Positions 1-11,750 are shown, counted from the whole stretch's first letter. The stretch is DNA of 63,260 nt, filler included, from Nematocida ausubeli (GCF_000738915.1; 6 parts of 5 records of this genome joined end to end with filler, not necessarily neighbours in it), one strand, 5' to 3'. Translations and numbers: made by a program. Notes: generated by a model from the letters alone, not told the origin.

Positions 1-253
1 ACATGTATCCATTCCGGTTTACAATATATCCACGCATCAGATTCAATGGTCCTTTTGGGTTAATAGCCACATCCTGCTTCTCGCCAACAAAGGTCTTACT
101 GACTTTTTTTATGTCTTCCACATCAATTCTTGCAAGAATACTCTGCATCATGATTAGGCTTAGAAGTAGCCTGCAAATCATTTTTTGTAAATCGAAAAAA
201 GATTTTCTTTTAAACCGTTTTAATTTCTCATTTTTCTTCATGAATATTGGCAT
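1..253 (-). CDS. Large-gene-family (NemLGF1-like) secreted protein, 5' part, runs off window start
   Basis: Manual translation MPIFMKKNEKLKRFKRKSFFDLQKMICRLLLSLIMMQSILARIDVEDIKKVSKTFVGEKQDVAINPKGPLNLMRGYIVNRNGYM: signal peptide plus NPxGPLN motif. In-frame ATGs at 253, 241 and 181. Confidence 0.85.
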   Translation of the reverse strand, partial: MPIFMKKNEKLKRFKRKSFFDLQKMICRLLLSLIMMQSILARIDVEDIKKVSKTFVGEKQDVAINPKGPLNLMRGYIVNRNGYM

Positions 254-1225
254 CGGTTATTTCTATAAATATAGGTCACTTGCATGCAATTTATAATAAG
301 CCAATAAGCAAAAACAGTTCTACGCTTTAATTGGACCAGTCATTTTATCCAATCTGCATATGTAAATACACCAGTTATCATCTTTATACTATTCTCCTGT
401 AGTGAAGACCAATAGTTAGAAAACACTCCTGCTAGCACTCAGAAAACAGACTGGGATACACAATGCCTGTCCTGTTGTAAAATAGACTTCTTTATTTATC
501 ATCTAATTTAGATGTATTAGTGTACTATGCAATAGTGTTAAGAACAGTGCACTGAAAACCCCAAAGCCTGGCTATTATAGATGGACACTCTGATATAGCC
601 CAAATACGTATGCAATGATACAGTCTAAATAAAGAAGTTGAGTGGCGGTAATCTAATGCAGTGTCTGTGTACTAGAAAGTGTACTCCTTCAATATGTGTA
701 TAGCCAGAGGAAAATAAAAATAAAACTCAACACAGAGTGTGTCCAGAGGATGTTTAACAGAGCTGCTTTTATGCAATACATGCGTATAATGTGATGTATG
801 CGCAGACAAAATATCTCTATATATGTGTGTATTGCAGAATACAGGCTAATATGCTGTGTGTAAGAGAGTGTATGTCCAGCTGTTAATAAATGCCTGTTTC
901 ATTCTCTACTTGTCTATAGTATGGTGCTATCTCTGTTTTCCTCTTTCTTCTTTCTTCTTGTCTGAGCAATTATGGTTCTTTGGAATGTGCTACTTTTCTT
1001 CTTTTCCCTGCCTCTAGTGCTTTATTTCTCTTTTTATATCTATGTAAAATAAACTACTTCACTATATGGAGTATACACTTTATTTTCCCAATTTATAAGA
1101 GAATAAAAATACAAGAAAACATAGAAAGAGAGGAAAAGTAAAAAATAGACAGATGCACAGAAATGAAAGAATAGTTAGATAAGTAGAGAGCATAGATGTG
1201 TTATTATGTATAAGCAGGTCTAAGA
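41..1225. repeat. ~1.2 kb segment present inverted at ~62064-63260 (LGF 5' end, upstream region and fold-back element)
   Basis: Colinear reverse-complement similarity, e.g. 291-330 vs 62965-63003 and 480-520 vs 62760-62800. Confidence 0.9.
865..1215 (+). repeat. Dispersed ~350-bp fold-back element, copy 1
   Basis: Pyrimidine-rich 5' arm pairs with purine-rich 3' arm; inner stem AAAATAAA 1046-1053 / TTTATTTT 1079-1086. Homologous to copies at 4943, 22790, 55410 and 62072. Confidence 0.85.
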
Positions 1226-2193
1226 CCAATAGAAGGTATATTCAGTGAGATGTAGTGACATAGCATAGTATAGCACAAATATACTAGTCAGCAAGTGCAG
1301 TTGGCACATAAGGCATATATCTATCTATAGCCTGGGTGGTTTGTTGGATGCGGATAGACTTATAGCACCGAGAGTAGCTGCTATATTATGCATATATACA
1401 CTGGCATGGAAAAGTGACTCTGCATAGTCATGCACAGGCCAGGGCAGTATTAGAGAGTGTGAAGGCCAACCAAGGCAGCACAACTGTGGTTAGCCAAGTG
1501 AGTATGCAGTAGAGTAGAAAGAGCTGTGTGCAAATGCAAGAGATCAGCTGAATAGTAGCCTCAGTATAGAACACTCTGCTGTCTATCCTGCAGTGTATGT
1601 ATTTAACCCGAATTGCTAAATACTGCGGGTTTGTTAAGATATAACCCGAATTTCAATAACTCGAATGTTAAATAAAGAATTTTTATTTTTGTAGCAGAGC
1701 CATCTTTGACAAGTTTTTCTATCTGGCAGCATCCTTTATTTCTTGTCTTCTGTTTATAACCGGAAAGCAGTTAATTTATTCGTAATATGTATTATTAAAA
1801 AAACAAAACATAAACTGTAATAAAAATATGAATTTATCAACAAACAAAATAAAAACAAAAGAAGAGTATGCTAGCAATTAATTTAATTTAGCGCGTGGAA
1901 GCATAGCCTCTCACAACATATTGTGCCCTCAAGACAGAGATAACAACAAGCACATGTATGGCCATATACGTATGTAATACTAGTTGTATTCGGGTTATAT
2001 TTTATTACAGAAATATACATCCAATATATTCAGAAATTCTTATTATTTCCTTTGTGAAAATTCCTACAAACTTATTGCAAAAATAGGATGATCTGTCAAA
2101 ACTTAATATAGACATGTAATTCGGGTTATTAATCAATTATTCTCAGTTTAAGTGCTTAAATACAAAGATATTTGAATATTTGGGTGCTAAGAT

Positions 2194-4231
2194 ATGAGAA
2201 TGAAAACACATGAATGTTTATACAAGAGAAAGAACAGCCAGATATCTATCAAGCTACTAGCAAAAGTGCTTCTTATAGGAACACTTATGGGTGTGCAGAA
2301 TGTCTTTGGGTTATTGCCCATAGAAGAAATGGAAGATGTACTAAAAGAATTATTAGACAAATATAAAAAAAATAACACTGAATCATATGCGATTTGGCTT
2401 TTAAGCCCGATTATGCTATATTTGCATAAAGAGATAGATACTCTTCATAATGTGCGATTTAACCCTCGATACATAAATGAGCAGACTGCTGTGCCAGACA
2501 AAGAAAATATTTTACAGAATATAGACCGAACAAACGACACAGTCAGAGAAGAGGATTCAGAGGGAAATGAACTCCCAAAGAGCACTGTAGACCACTATAG
2601 TGCACTGATTAACATGTTCCCTTCCCCAGATGGAAAAGTAAGAATCCATCCTAAAAAAGGCTGCAAAGACTCTTTCACCTCTTTCTTGAGGAGTGAACAT
2701 GTCAAGGAATATGCGCATAGCATTCTTGCAATACTTCTTCTGCGGGCAGAGGGAGTGCCCGTGCCGCTGAGAATTGAGAATGAGGAAAGCACGTGCCCAA
2801 AGCTTACATGGACTAATGAGTGCAATCCAGAAGAGTCCTTCAGTGTTCCCATATGCACTACTAGTATGGAAGGGCAGGAAAGTAATAGCTCTAGTGAAGA
2901 AGCAAATATAAAAAAAATTAACAGGAAACTACTGCAGACTATTAAGTACTTCCTTAATGCAGAATTCAGCCAGGAGCTTAAAGAGAGTATAGCGCAGCAG
3001 GAGTCAGTTGAGAAAGAAAATTATTGGGAGAATGAGTTTACTGAGACACCTGCCTGGCTTATACAATTGTACATATATTACTATCTAGAGACTAAGAAGA
3101 ATGCAATTGACTTTTATGATGAGGTAGCCGAAAAATTAAGGTTTTGCATGGATGTGTTTATTCAGGATAGTAGTTATAAAGATATTATAATGGTGTTCTT
3201 TAAAAAACTCATCATACGCCAAAATACAAAGCCAAGCATATTAAAGTGGTGGAAGGAAGTAAAATGGATTAAAAATGTAGTTGAGGCTGTGAAAGAACCC
3301 CAGCTACATCCCTTCAAAGATAATAGTCAGCTCCCTGCTAAAAAAACAGTTCAAGAAAAGAGCGAAGAAAATAACAAAGGAAATAATGAAGAAAATAATG
3401 AAGAAAATATACAGTCGAAAGAAGGGCTAATTTCAAGTGATATAGAGTCTGTGCTACTTACTCTACTATGCTGCTTTGTATACAATCCGAAGACAGATAA
3501 ATACAATGTTGAGCAAATTCCGCACGCGCAGGAAGAAGTAAAGAATCTGTTTGGCATGCCATCTAAAAACACAAGTACCACTAGCGATTCATCTGAACCG
3601 TGTGGAAATCCAGATATAGGCACAACACCAAGCAATAATATACCTGTTATTCAGCTAAGAGAGGAAATGCCACAAGAGGTTTGGAGCAAGTGGAGTGAAA
3701 TAATTCAGAACATAGTGGAGGGTGATGAAAACATAAGTTACATAACTGTAGAGAATAATAAGCGTGTGATTCAACCCAATATTTTAAATATTCTCATAAT
3801 AATGATAAAACTCACAGGAATGGATTATGATGAAAATATAACCCGAATACAGAAATATAGAGACAGGCTGCAAGACCCAAAGTTGATGCGTAATGATGAC
3901 CTAGTAAAGTCTCTTGAGTCTGAAATTGCAAACTATGCAGAAGAGATATTTTCTCAGATGGGAAAAGAATTCTTAAGTGATGAAACACCAGCAGATGAGG
4001 GCTTAGTGTCTTCTACACCTTCTAAAAATGAGAGGGAAATATATGTGTTTTTCAAGAAGTATAATACTCAGATGGTGAGTGATAAAAACCATTTGGATGA
4101 GTATATAATTATTCATTATGCCACAGAAGATAGAGCTGAGCCAATAATTATTTGTTCTATGCGACCAGAAAAAGTTTATTTAGGAATTGGCAAGTGTTTT
4201 ATAATATTAGACATTCCGAAAGACAGCTATA
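2194..4231 (+). CDS. NemLGF1-like protein, 3' end lost in gap; close paralogue of 52482-54647
   Basis: Basic leader plus hydrophobic signal; LINMFPSP, ILAILLLRAEGV, TPAWLIQLYIYY, IESVLLTLLCCFVYNP. Confidence 0.9.
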
Positions 4232-4331
4232 NNNNNNNNNNNNNNNNNNNNNNNNNNNNNNNNNNNNNNNNNNNNTTAATTAATTAANNNNNNNNNNNNN
4301 NNNNNNNNNNNNNNNNNNNNNNNNNNNNNNN
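4232..4331. other. Artificial contig linker (N44-TTAATTAATTAA-N44); same linker at 7608-7707, 31457-31556, 51288-51387, 57313-57412
   Basis: Identical 12-mer, with stops in all six frames, embedded in Ns five times. Confidence 0.97.
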
Positions 4332-4579
4332 TATATAGACAAAATAAAACAGCTGGTATAGCCTGAAGTTCTAATTGTTGTATGCTCTACGTAGCACCTA
4401 AAGACATGCATGGCATTAGCAACACCACCATTGGTGTTTGTTGGCACCCCATATCATCAATTAATTAGTTTGCTTGTTTTGATAAATCTCAAGATTAAAT
4501 TAAACCCAAGCTATTTAAAGACTTGAGTTTTTGAATAAATGCTAAATTTTAACAATAGTCTCTTTTAAGAAAGCAGGAC

Positions 4580-4910
4580 CTGATTTTTCCTCTCAAAGTG
4601 TTAGACTTGACAATGCAAATTAAAAAAATATTTCTTGTTCTCTATTTATAGACCTCTTCCAATAGCTATATTTTATATAGACAATTGAATATTCTCTTAT
4701 CAACGAATAAAGGGTCCTAGAGTCTGAGCCAGTCTAGCTAGCGCGTAAACAAGTAGAATATTTTGTAGCGTGTTGGCCTTTAGCCAAACCTCGAAAGGCA
4801 ATGTCCAACACTAATCTACATTGCTAGCCCAGATAAAGGGTTTTATGCCCTCAAGGCAAGGAAAACCAATAGTGCACCCGAATAGAGTGTCTTTATGTAT
4901 TTGTATAGTA
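4580..4910 (-). pseudogene. Relic LGF promoter and leader, inverted paralogue of 55800-56125, start codon ATG changed to ATT
   Basis: Reverse complement reads GGTCTATAAATAGAGAACAAGAAATATTTTTTTAATTTGCATTGTCAAGTCTAACACTTTGAG versus ...TTTGCATGGCCAAGTCTAACACTTTGAG at 56090. The frame closes after about 21 codons. Confidence 0.65.
4765..4870 (+). promoter_or_regulatory. Conserved upstream cassette B (CCAACACTAATCTACATTGC...GCCCTCAAGGCAAGGAAAACCAA); also 54820-54925(+), 55838-55942(-), 57630-57733(-), diverged 60150-60240(+)
   Basis: Repeated ~105-bp block, always about 150-330 bp upstream of a gene or relic start and in the same relative orientation. Regulatory role is inferred. Confidence 0.6.
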
Positions 4911-4942
4911 CATAGTACATTCACAGTACACTGCGAGTAGAA

Positions 4943-5297
4943 GAGTGTGTATCTCTAGCTGCCAATAAATACTTGTTTCATTCTCTACTTATCTGTAGTA
5001 TGTTGCTCTCTCTGTTTTCTTCTCGTTTCTCTCTTTGTGTCTGACCAGTAGTGGTTCTCTGGAATGTGCTAGTTTTCTTCTTTTTCCTGCCTCTGATGCT
5101 TTATTTCTCTTTTTATACTCTAGTAAAATAAATTGCTTCAAAGGGCTATATGTATACTTTATTTTCCAATTTATAAGAGAATAAAATACAAGAAGCACAC
5201 TGAAAGAGAAGAAAAGGACAGAGTAGACAGATGTACATAAATAAAAGAATAGACAGATAAATAGAGAGTATGGATGTATTAATAGGCATATACACTG
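4943..5297 (+). repeat. Fold-back element copy 2
   Basis: Stems 5125-5132/5158-5165, 5100-5117/5171-5186, 5073-5086/5202-5215 and 4981-4996/5253-5268. Confidence 0.88.
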
Positions 5298-5309
5298 CTA
5301 GGACCAGTA

Positions 5310-5727
5310 GAAGGCCTATTAAGTGAATATAGAGACATAGTACAGTGTATAGCAGATATACTAGCCAGAAAGTGCAGTTAGACCATAGAGAATGTGTCTG
5401 TCTGTGACTCAGATGGTCTGTTGTATGATGGCTGACTCAGAAATAGAGCCATCCAAGACAGAAAAGTCACAACTATCCAAGTATGCATGCAGTAGATTGG
5501 AAAGAGAGTGGATATGCGCAAATACAAGAGGTATACAGCAGAGTACCCTCAGTATAACACACTCTGCACACTCTTCTGTCTATATCCTGTAGTAGTGATC
5601 TTGACCTGAATTGTTAAGTACTAATATGCTTTATACAAGTATATAGAGAAGTAACAGAGTATTAACATTAATATAAAAATAAAAATGATCTTTAGATATA
5701 CACAAGCACAAAAATAAAATAAAAAGA
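5310..5727 (+). repeat. Upstream cassette C; near-identical inverted copy at ~51602-52018, partial copies ~28790-28967, ~55300-55400 and ~1250-1620
   Basis: Direct sequence match; the spurious ORFs 5392-5592 and 51741-51944 are almost identical translations of it. Confidence 0.85.
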
Positions 5728-6849
5728 ATGAGTATAGAGCTTACAGAGAATATGGCATTTTGGCAGCACCTGAATATCAGGGGAATAGTGCTATCCATTA
5801 TATGCATGATAGCAGTATATAAACTCGTAGCATGCCTGCAGAGAAAAGGCAACCAAGAAAACCCAGTCATACCCACCGCAATGAAGGCAAACACTGGGAC
5901 AGAAAGTGCAGAAGCAACTACAGCAAAGAAAGCAGAAAAACAGTGGGCCGGACCGAAATACCCGTGTGCACTTGATAAACACCAAGAAAAAATAAATACA
6001 CTAGTAACCCGAGTCGACACTACAGGCAAGGCTAGATGTGCATTTGCCAGCGTGTACACTGAAGTATTTAACGTGGCCAAGGTGATGGACTATCAAATAG
6101 ACAAGTTTCTTGCAAAGCTGGCCCAAATAGACACGCTATTTGAAGTGCAAGGCTGCGAACAGGGGAACTCAACCAAGAAGCACACAAGGCTGCGTGAGGG
6201 CATCAATTCAGAATACGATAGAAAGATAAGGAAGATTGAAACTATGCGCATAGAGGAGGAAAAACTCCTAGAAGAAATAGAGAGTGCGCACACTGAAAGG
6301 AATAAGCAGAGGGTTATTATGTGCGAGGAAGGAAATAAAATATTACTCTCAACGGGGCACTTTATAAATTATTTGGTGCACGGGCTTATGTTCCAGTCTA
6401 AGCGATACACTGAGCTAAAAGCAGAGCTGGCGTGCCTACATGCCAGGTTTAGCCGAGTGTTCGTGCTGTGCGAGGCGAAGTGGCTTGAGAAAGAGCACTA
6501 CAGCGAGCAGGGCTCAGTTAATATATCCGGGCAGCTGGACCAGGCCCTCCATGAAAGCTTTGAAATAATAGACGAGGTTGAAAGAGACTTTGATGATCTA
6601 AGGAAATTCTATTTGTGCGAGAAGGAGAAGATGTTTAGTATAATCGATAAAATGTATGAGTATGTAAATTATTCTCTGTCGAATAGTGTGCGTGAGCAAA
6701 TTAGGTTCCAAATAGGCTGTATGCACAGGATATGCACTGGCTTTAGCAAATTCAAGCCAAAGACCCAGGTGTCTTACCAACAAAGCGAGTATGCACGGCC
6801 CTATGCAAGCCGTGTGCGTGATCACTACACTCCTCTAAATAAGACATAA
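5728..6849 (+). CDS. N-terminally anchored coiled-coil protein (family 2, IPT[AS][MI]K motif)
   Basis: 373-aa ORF with N-terminal hydrophobic helix IVLSIICMIAVY and an E/K-rich helical body. N-terminus shared with the ORFs starting at 28968 and 51601. Confidence 0.85.
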   Translation: MSIELTENMAFWQHLNIRGIVLSIICMIAVYKLVACLQRKGNQENPVIPTAMKANTGTESAEATTAKKAEKQWAGPKYPCALDKHQEKINTLVTRVDTTGKARCAFASVYTEVFNVAKVMDYQIDKFLAKLAQIDTLFEVQGCEQGNSTKKHTRLREGINSEYDRKIRKIETMRIEEEKLLEEIESAHTERNKQRVIMCEEGNKILLSTGHFINYLVHGLMFQSKRYTELKAELACLHARFSRVFVLCEAKWLEKEHYSEQGSVNISGQLDQALHESFEIIDEVERDFDDLRKFYLCEKEKMFSIIDKMYEYVNYSLSNSVREQIRFQIGCMHRICTGFSKFKPKTQVSYQQSEYARPYASRVRDHYTPLNKT

Positions 6850-7707
6850 GAGTGTCCAAGCTCTTTAGTATGTATACAGAGTAAAATAAAAATAAAATAC
6901 TTCAACTATACTATTAGCACATTGACCCGTATTAGGCACACAAAGAGAGCACAAAGACAGATACAGCACAGTCTGCAGGCGTGCAAACACACTGCCACCC
7001 TGCCCTGCACTCACACACGCCCAAGCACAACACTCCCCAGCCACTCCAGTCTGTCTGCAAAAAGCAGGAAAATCCAGACATATTATAGGGGGAAAGTGCA
7101 AGAAAACAGAAGAAAACAAAATAGCAGGACATTTTATAACTGCACAGACAGGAGACAGCAGAGACAGGGGAGAGAGAGCACAAGTACTAGAGCAGATAAG
7201 AGTGTGTGCCAGAGGCAGAGGGCAGAGAAGGAGAAAGACAAAAAGAGACAGGCCGTGTGACTGGTGCTCTTTTATGGAGGGTGTGTGCACAGGGAAAAGA
7301 GGAGAAAAGAGAGGCCGAAAAAAACAAAAGCAGCAGGGCGGCCCAGGAGAGCGCAGAAAGAGAGAACACGGGCAGCAGAGCGTGTGCACCGAGTGGGAGC
7401 GTGTGCAGCCAGAGGAGAGAAGAGATATATAGAGACAGAGATAGGAGAGATAGAAACAGACAGGGACAGGAGAGAGCACACGTGCAGTCCTGGTGCGGGA
7501 GAGAGAGTGGCAAGCACGGACAGAAAGGGCACAGAACCCGCTATAACACTCTATAGGGGGATAAGAAGGAGAAAAAAGAGAAAAGCAGAAGAGGCTGTGG
7601 AAAGGGGNNNNNNNNNNNNNNNNNNNNNNNNNNNNNNNNNNNNNNNNNNNNTTAATTAATTAANNNNNNNNNNNNNNNNNNNNNNNNNNNNNNNNNNNNN
7701 NNNNNNN

Positions 7708-7787
7708 CTGTTTCCTTCTGCGATGGAAATTCTACCTACTGCGGAGATTATAAGCGCTGCTTTAGATATAACCTCTCCAATCTTCAT
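7708..7787 (-). CDS. 5' end of a second copy of the 8316-10346 gene, runs into gap
   Basis: ATG at 7787, MKIGEVISKAALIISAVGRISIAEGN. Confidence 0.7.
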
Positions 7788-8369
7788 ATAAATATTTTAT
7801 GCAGCCCTCCATTTATTATATTGCTTTAGATCAAAATCAATCAAATATAAGCCATCAGATAGGATGCTGAGATGGAATACAGACAAATAGCGTATTAAAC
7901 ATGCACAAAGAGTGTGTGTACTTGTATTCCCATGCATATGTTCTGCGGAGCAAGTGAATTCAGAGTATACTTCACGTAATATGTGTCTACATGCAGTAGG
8001 CCTAATGAGGTGGAAGTTATGGGCACTCTGGGCGCTGCAGCCAAAGGACACATGGATGGCCCCACTACCTGGCCGGAAGTTGTGCGTTGCACAGAGACAG
8101 CCCGTGCATATAGCCTGACTAGCCTAATTGGAGAACTCCTGCCTGTATAAAATACATGCTTAGTTCAAGCTATACAAAAACCCATCTGGTATATGCAGCA
8201 AAGAAATTAGCATATACTTATTTTCATCAGTCTAAAAGAAAATATAGCTTGAAATTTTAAAACACACTGCATGAATAAAGATAGCAAATCCTCTGCGGAG
8301 AACTATAGCCTTTCTCTAGAAGAGCAGGCTGCATTTCTCTCTATGGTAATGGTGTTGCGGGACCAAGTA
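7708..8369 (+). repeat. 662-bp direct repeat of 10267-10928 (offset 2559)
   Basis: Near-identical; similarity stops abruptly after GACCAAGTA (8369/10928). Left end is at the linker. Confidence 0.95.
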
Positions 8370-8381
8370 ATATGTAGATGA
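8271..8381 (+). pseudogene. Truncated 5' copy of the 10830-11750 gene
   Basis: MNKDSKSSAENYSLSLEEQAAFLSMVMVLRDQV then ICR-stop at the duplication breakpoint. Confidence 0.75.
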
Positions 8382-10346
8382 TAGCTTGGTTGTTTCGTCC
8401 TTTAGAGCGCGCAGTGTGTCTTTGAGAGATTCTATCTCTGCAGAGGCGTCTTTTTCTTTCTGTCTGCTGCTATGTATGCGGTCTGCAACTTTTCTCTGTG
8501 CAGATGGCTGCAGCAGAAAGTTGTTGGCTGGGTGCAGAGTACTTTGCGCATCTAGCTCTGCTGCGTGCGACAGCTGTATGTCTCCTGCTGCAAGGCTTTT
8601 TCTTAGCCAGGCTGCAGCATTGGCCCTAGCTGCATCGGGCATATTGTTAATTGCGCTAATTACTTTGCTGTCAAAGGATTGCATCATGTCTTGCTCCCAT
8701 GTTCGAGGCGGTGGCGTAGGATCTATCCTTGCAGAAGGTGCTTCTGTGGTCTGCGGAGCCTGCTCTCGCCTGCTTCCACCAGTATTCGCGTGGGATCTGC
8801 TGCTGGAGGGGTGCTGGTTCTCGCTGTGCACAGATCCTCGGTGGGAAGAAGGCGTATGTGCAGTGTGTGGTTTGTTTTGCAATGGCTGTCCTCTTTCCTG
8901 CTGCACTGGCTGTTCTCTTTCCTGGTGTATATACTGGTCAAATGGACACTTGGTGTCTTTTACGCGCATTCTCTGCTTCGCATTAGCTCTATTGTTAATC
9001 GTATTAATATACTGCATAATTCCATTCGACACGTTATCAACAAACTCTATCTCGCTGGCCATCACTGCCATCCCGCTCTTTAAAAAGCCCTGTGCTGCAG
9101 GCATATATCTCTTATCTGTTGGGCCTTTTGCAGACAGCAGACTCTCAATGTTTTCTGCCTCTTTTTGAAGATTGCGTTCGAACTCCTGCACTAGGCCGTA
9201 GTATCGCTGCACTGCTCTCTGCAATTCCTTCTTTATGCCGTGAACCTGTGTGTGAAGGGCCCTGTCTGCCCGAAACTCTTCTATTTTGGATGTGAGGAGA
9301 GAGAACGTTTCGTTAATCTCCCACTCTGCACCTTCTATACTGAAAGAAATGCCTTTTTGAAGCTGGCTGCTGTTTCTTTTGTATATTCCTATCATATCCA
9401 TCATGTGGACTAACAGAGCCTGCACTTGGTGCGCGCCATTGCTCACCAGATGCTTAAACAGATGCAAGTCCTTTGCCAGTGCGTCCCTTCTGGGGCGTGT
9501 AGCATGTATGTGCTCAGAACACTCTTCACCTGGCGCTCTGTTTCTGCCTAACCCAGGGCTGCAGTTGTTCTGTGTCATTTCCAGCACTGCTGCATCGACT
9601 TGCTCTACCCACGCCATGAAGTTTTGGATCTCGAGCAGCCTGTATGTCTGCAGAGCTTTGAGCATGTCGTAGAAAGCCACCACGCGGCGCGGGGACACAA
9701 ACTGTAAGTTTTCTTGGAGATGCTGCTGCATGCTCTCATACTCCTCCATCATCAGATGGGTGAACGCATTTGCATCTCCGTAGCACAGGCTGAGCTTGTC
9801 TACAAATACACTCTCTTCTGCAGCTCTTGCCCCCCGGGTGTCTCCTACTTGGCTGCACGTGTTTGCCACTAGTCCGTCTGCAATTTCCTTCTGTTCATTG
9901 GACCCTAGTGCTGCAGAGCTCATCAGGGCTCGCGCAAGTGGCAGCTCCCCGGGTCTTTCTACTTGCTTATATTTTATGCTGTGTGTCTGCCCAGCACTGC
10001 TTCCCGTCACAGGATCTGCTGAATCAACCAGAAGAAACAGCTTGTCGGGAAGATCCCTGCGCATCGCGATCCTACTGCTAAACATAAAATAAGGCGTGTC
10101 TGCTACTTCTCTGCCTGCAGCCTCTCGGATTTGCCGGGATGCGTGGTCTGCATGGCTCTGTGGCTCTTCAAAAGGCACAAATATCTGTTCTGGCATCTCC
10201 CACGCGGCCCCTACCATGGGAGTATAGTTTGTCTGGGCTATGCTGCTTTCATTTTGCAGCTGGAGGCTGTTTCCTTCTGCGATGGAAATTCTACCTACTG
10301 CGGAGATTATAAGCGCTGCTTTAGATATAACCTCTCCAATCTTCAT
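8316..10346 (-). CDS. Putative secreted protein with coiled-coil and low-complexity C-terminal regions
   Basis: 676-aa ORF with a hydrophobic N-terminus. The last ~17 residues come from the duplicated antisense segment. Confidence 0.85.
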   Translation of the reverse strand: MKIGEVISKAALIISAVGRISIAEGNSLQLQNESSIAQTNYTPMVGAAWEMPEQIFVPFEEPQSHADHASRQIREAAGREVADTPYFMFSSRIAMRRDLPDKLFLLVDSADPVTGSSAGQTHSIKYKQVERPGELPLARALMSSAALGSNEQKEIADGLVANTCSQVGDTRGARAAEESVFVDKLSLCYGDANAFTHLMMEEYESMQQHLQENLQFVSPRRVVAFYDMLKALQTYRLLEIQNFMAWVEQVDAAVLEMTQNNCSPGLGRNRAPGEECSEHIHATRPRRDALAKDLHLFKHLVSNGAHQVQALLVHMMDMIGIYKRNSSQLQKGISFSIEGAEWEINETFSLLTSKIEEFRADRALHTQVHGIKKELQRAVQRYYGLVQEFERNLQKEAENIESLLSAKGPTDKRYMPAAQGFLKSGMAVMASEIEFVDNVSNGIMQYINTINNRANAKQRMRVKDTKCPFDQYIHQEREQPVQQERGQPLQNKPHTAHTPSSHRGSVHSENQHPSSSRSHANTGGSRREQAPQTTEAPSARIDPTPPPRTWEQDMMQSFDSKVISAINNMPDAARANAAAWLRKSLAAGDIQLSHAAELDAQSTLHPANNFLLQPSAQRKVADRIHSSRQKEKDASAEIESLKDTLRALKDETTKLSSTYYLVPQHHYHREKCSLLF

Positions 10347-10829
10347 ATAAATATTTTATGCGGCCCTCCATTTATTATATTGCTTTAGATCAAAATCAAT
10401 CAAATATAAGCCATTAGATAGGATGCTGAGATGGAATACAGACAAATAGCGTATTAAACATGCACAGAGAGTGTGTGTACTTGTATTCCCATGTATATAT
10501 TCTGCGGAGCAAGTGAATTCAGAGTATACTTCACATAATATGTGTCTACATGCAGTGGGTCTAATGAGGTGGAAGTTATGGGCGCTCTGGGCGCGGTAGC
10601 CAAAGGACGCATGGATGGCCCCGCTACCTGGCCGGAAGTTGTGCGTTGCACAGAGACAGCCTGTGCATATAGGCTGACTAGCCTAATTGGAGAACTCCTG
10701 CCTGTATAAAATGCATGCTTAGTTCAAGCTATACAAAAACCCACCTGGTATATGCAGCAAAGAAATTAGCATATACTTATTTTCATCAGTCTAAAAGAAA
10801 ATATAGCTTGAAATTTTAAAACACACTGC

Positions 10830-11750
10830 ATGAATAAAGATAGCAAATCCTCTGCGGAGAACTATAGCCTTTCTCTAGAAGAGCAGGCTGCATTTCTCTC
10901 TATGGTGATGGTGTTGCGAGACCAAGTACCCAGTACTTCCAAGCAGACGCAAAAAGAAGACACCCGCCGTGAGAAGCCTAGCGAGTCCTTCTGTATTGAA
11001 ATCCCAGATGTTGGTGCAGAGTGCGCAGAAGACCCTGTGTTTTTGAGTTCAAATAAATTTGTAAACGATAATGAGCCTGCTAGGTATTCTAACACTCGCA
11101 CGAGCCTTTTCTTGCAGAAGTTCAACTTCTATCTGAATTTTGCCTTTTTTCCCATAGAGGCATTCTTTTCTATGTTCTGCTGTCTGGCCATGGCGCTGAT
11201 TTTAACGTCCACACCGCAGGTGTATTATACGACACAGGACGGTAGAACAGCGGCCCTCCTCACTTTTAATTCCTTTTACATGCTGGCCCCTATTTTCTGC
11301 CTGCTGGCTGGTGTTTCTATGCACGCGATTGCCATCTTCCCCGGTGTGTACTGGATGTCAAGAACTATTTGCTTTTTCAGACGGATCTCTGGCTGCTGCA
11401 GCCGTGTTCTTGCTGCTTTTATGCTTTTGCTGCTGGGCACTTTTTTGTTCGAGTCTATTTGTCTTTACACGGCTGGGTACACGTATTTTGTGGTGTTTTG
11501 GGCTGTATGCAAGATATGCAGTGTTATTCTATACCTGCTGGCCATATTCTGTATACAGCCTAGGATACCCCCCAGAATCAGTCTGTTTGGCATCCATGAG
11601 TCGCGCCTCACCAAAGTCTGTTTTGCACTCTACTGTGTTTACAGCATTATTCTAGCTGCTATGAGTGCTGCAATGATTTTCTTAACCATAGATCGTGATG
11701 AAGCTATTGTTCTTCTGGTCAAGAGTAGAGGCTCAGAGTTTCTCTACTAG
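10830..11750 (+). CDS. Multi-pass membrane protein of unknown function (about 6 TM)
   Basis: 306-aa ORF; soluble N-terminus followed by several long hydrophobic helices. Confidence 0.85.
   Translation: MNKDSKSSAENYSLSLEEQAAFLSMVMVLRDQVPSTSKQTQKEDTRREKPSESFCIEIPDVGAECAEDPVFLSSNKFVNDNEPARYSNTRTSLFLQKFNFYLNFAFFPIEAFFSMFCCLAMALILTSTPQVYYTTQDGRTAALLTFNSFYMLAPIFCLLAGVSMHAIAIFPGVYWMSRTICFFRRISGCCSRVLAAFMLLLLGTFLFESICLYTAGYTYFVVFWAVCKICSVILYLLAIFCIQPRIPPRISLFGIHESRLTKVCFALYCVYSIILAAMSAAMIFLTIDRDEAIVLLVKSRGSEFLY

Noticed and set aside
4276..4287. Palindromic TTAATTAATTAA recurring five times
   Set aside because: Always centred in Ns: an artificial all-frame-stop linker. Adjacency across these linkers is unverified.
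6865..7659. ORFs of 76-204 aa on both strands
   Set aside because: Low-complexity products of compositional skew.
7708..10928. LTR retrotransposon (direct repeats flanking an ORF)
   Set aside because: The repeats contain host gene starts and a divergent promoter; no gag/pol motifs or TG...CA ends.
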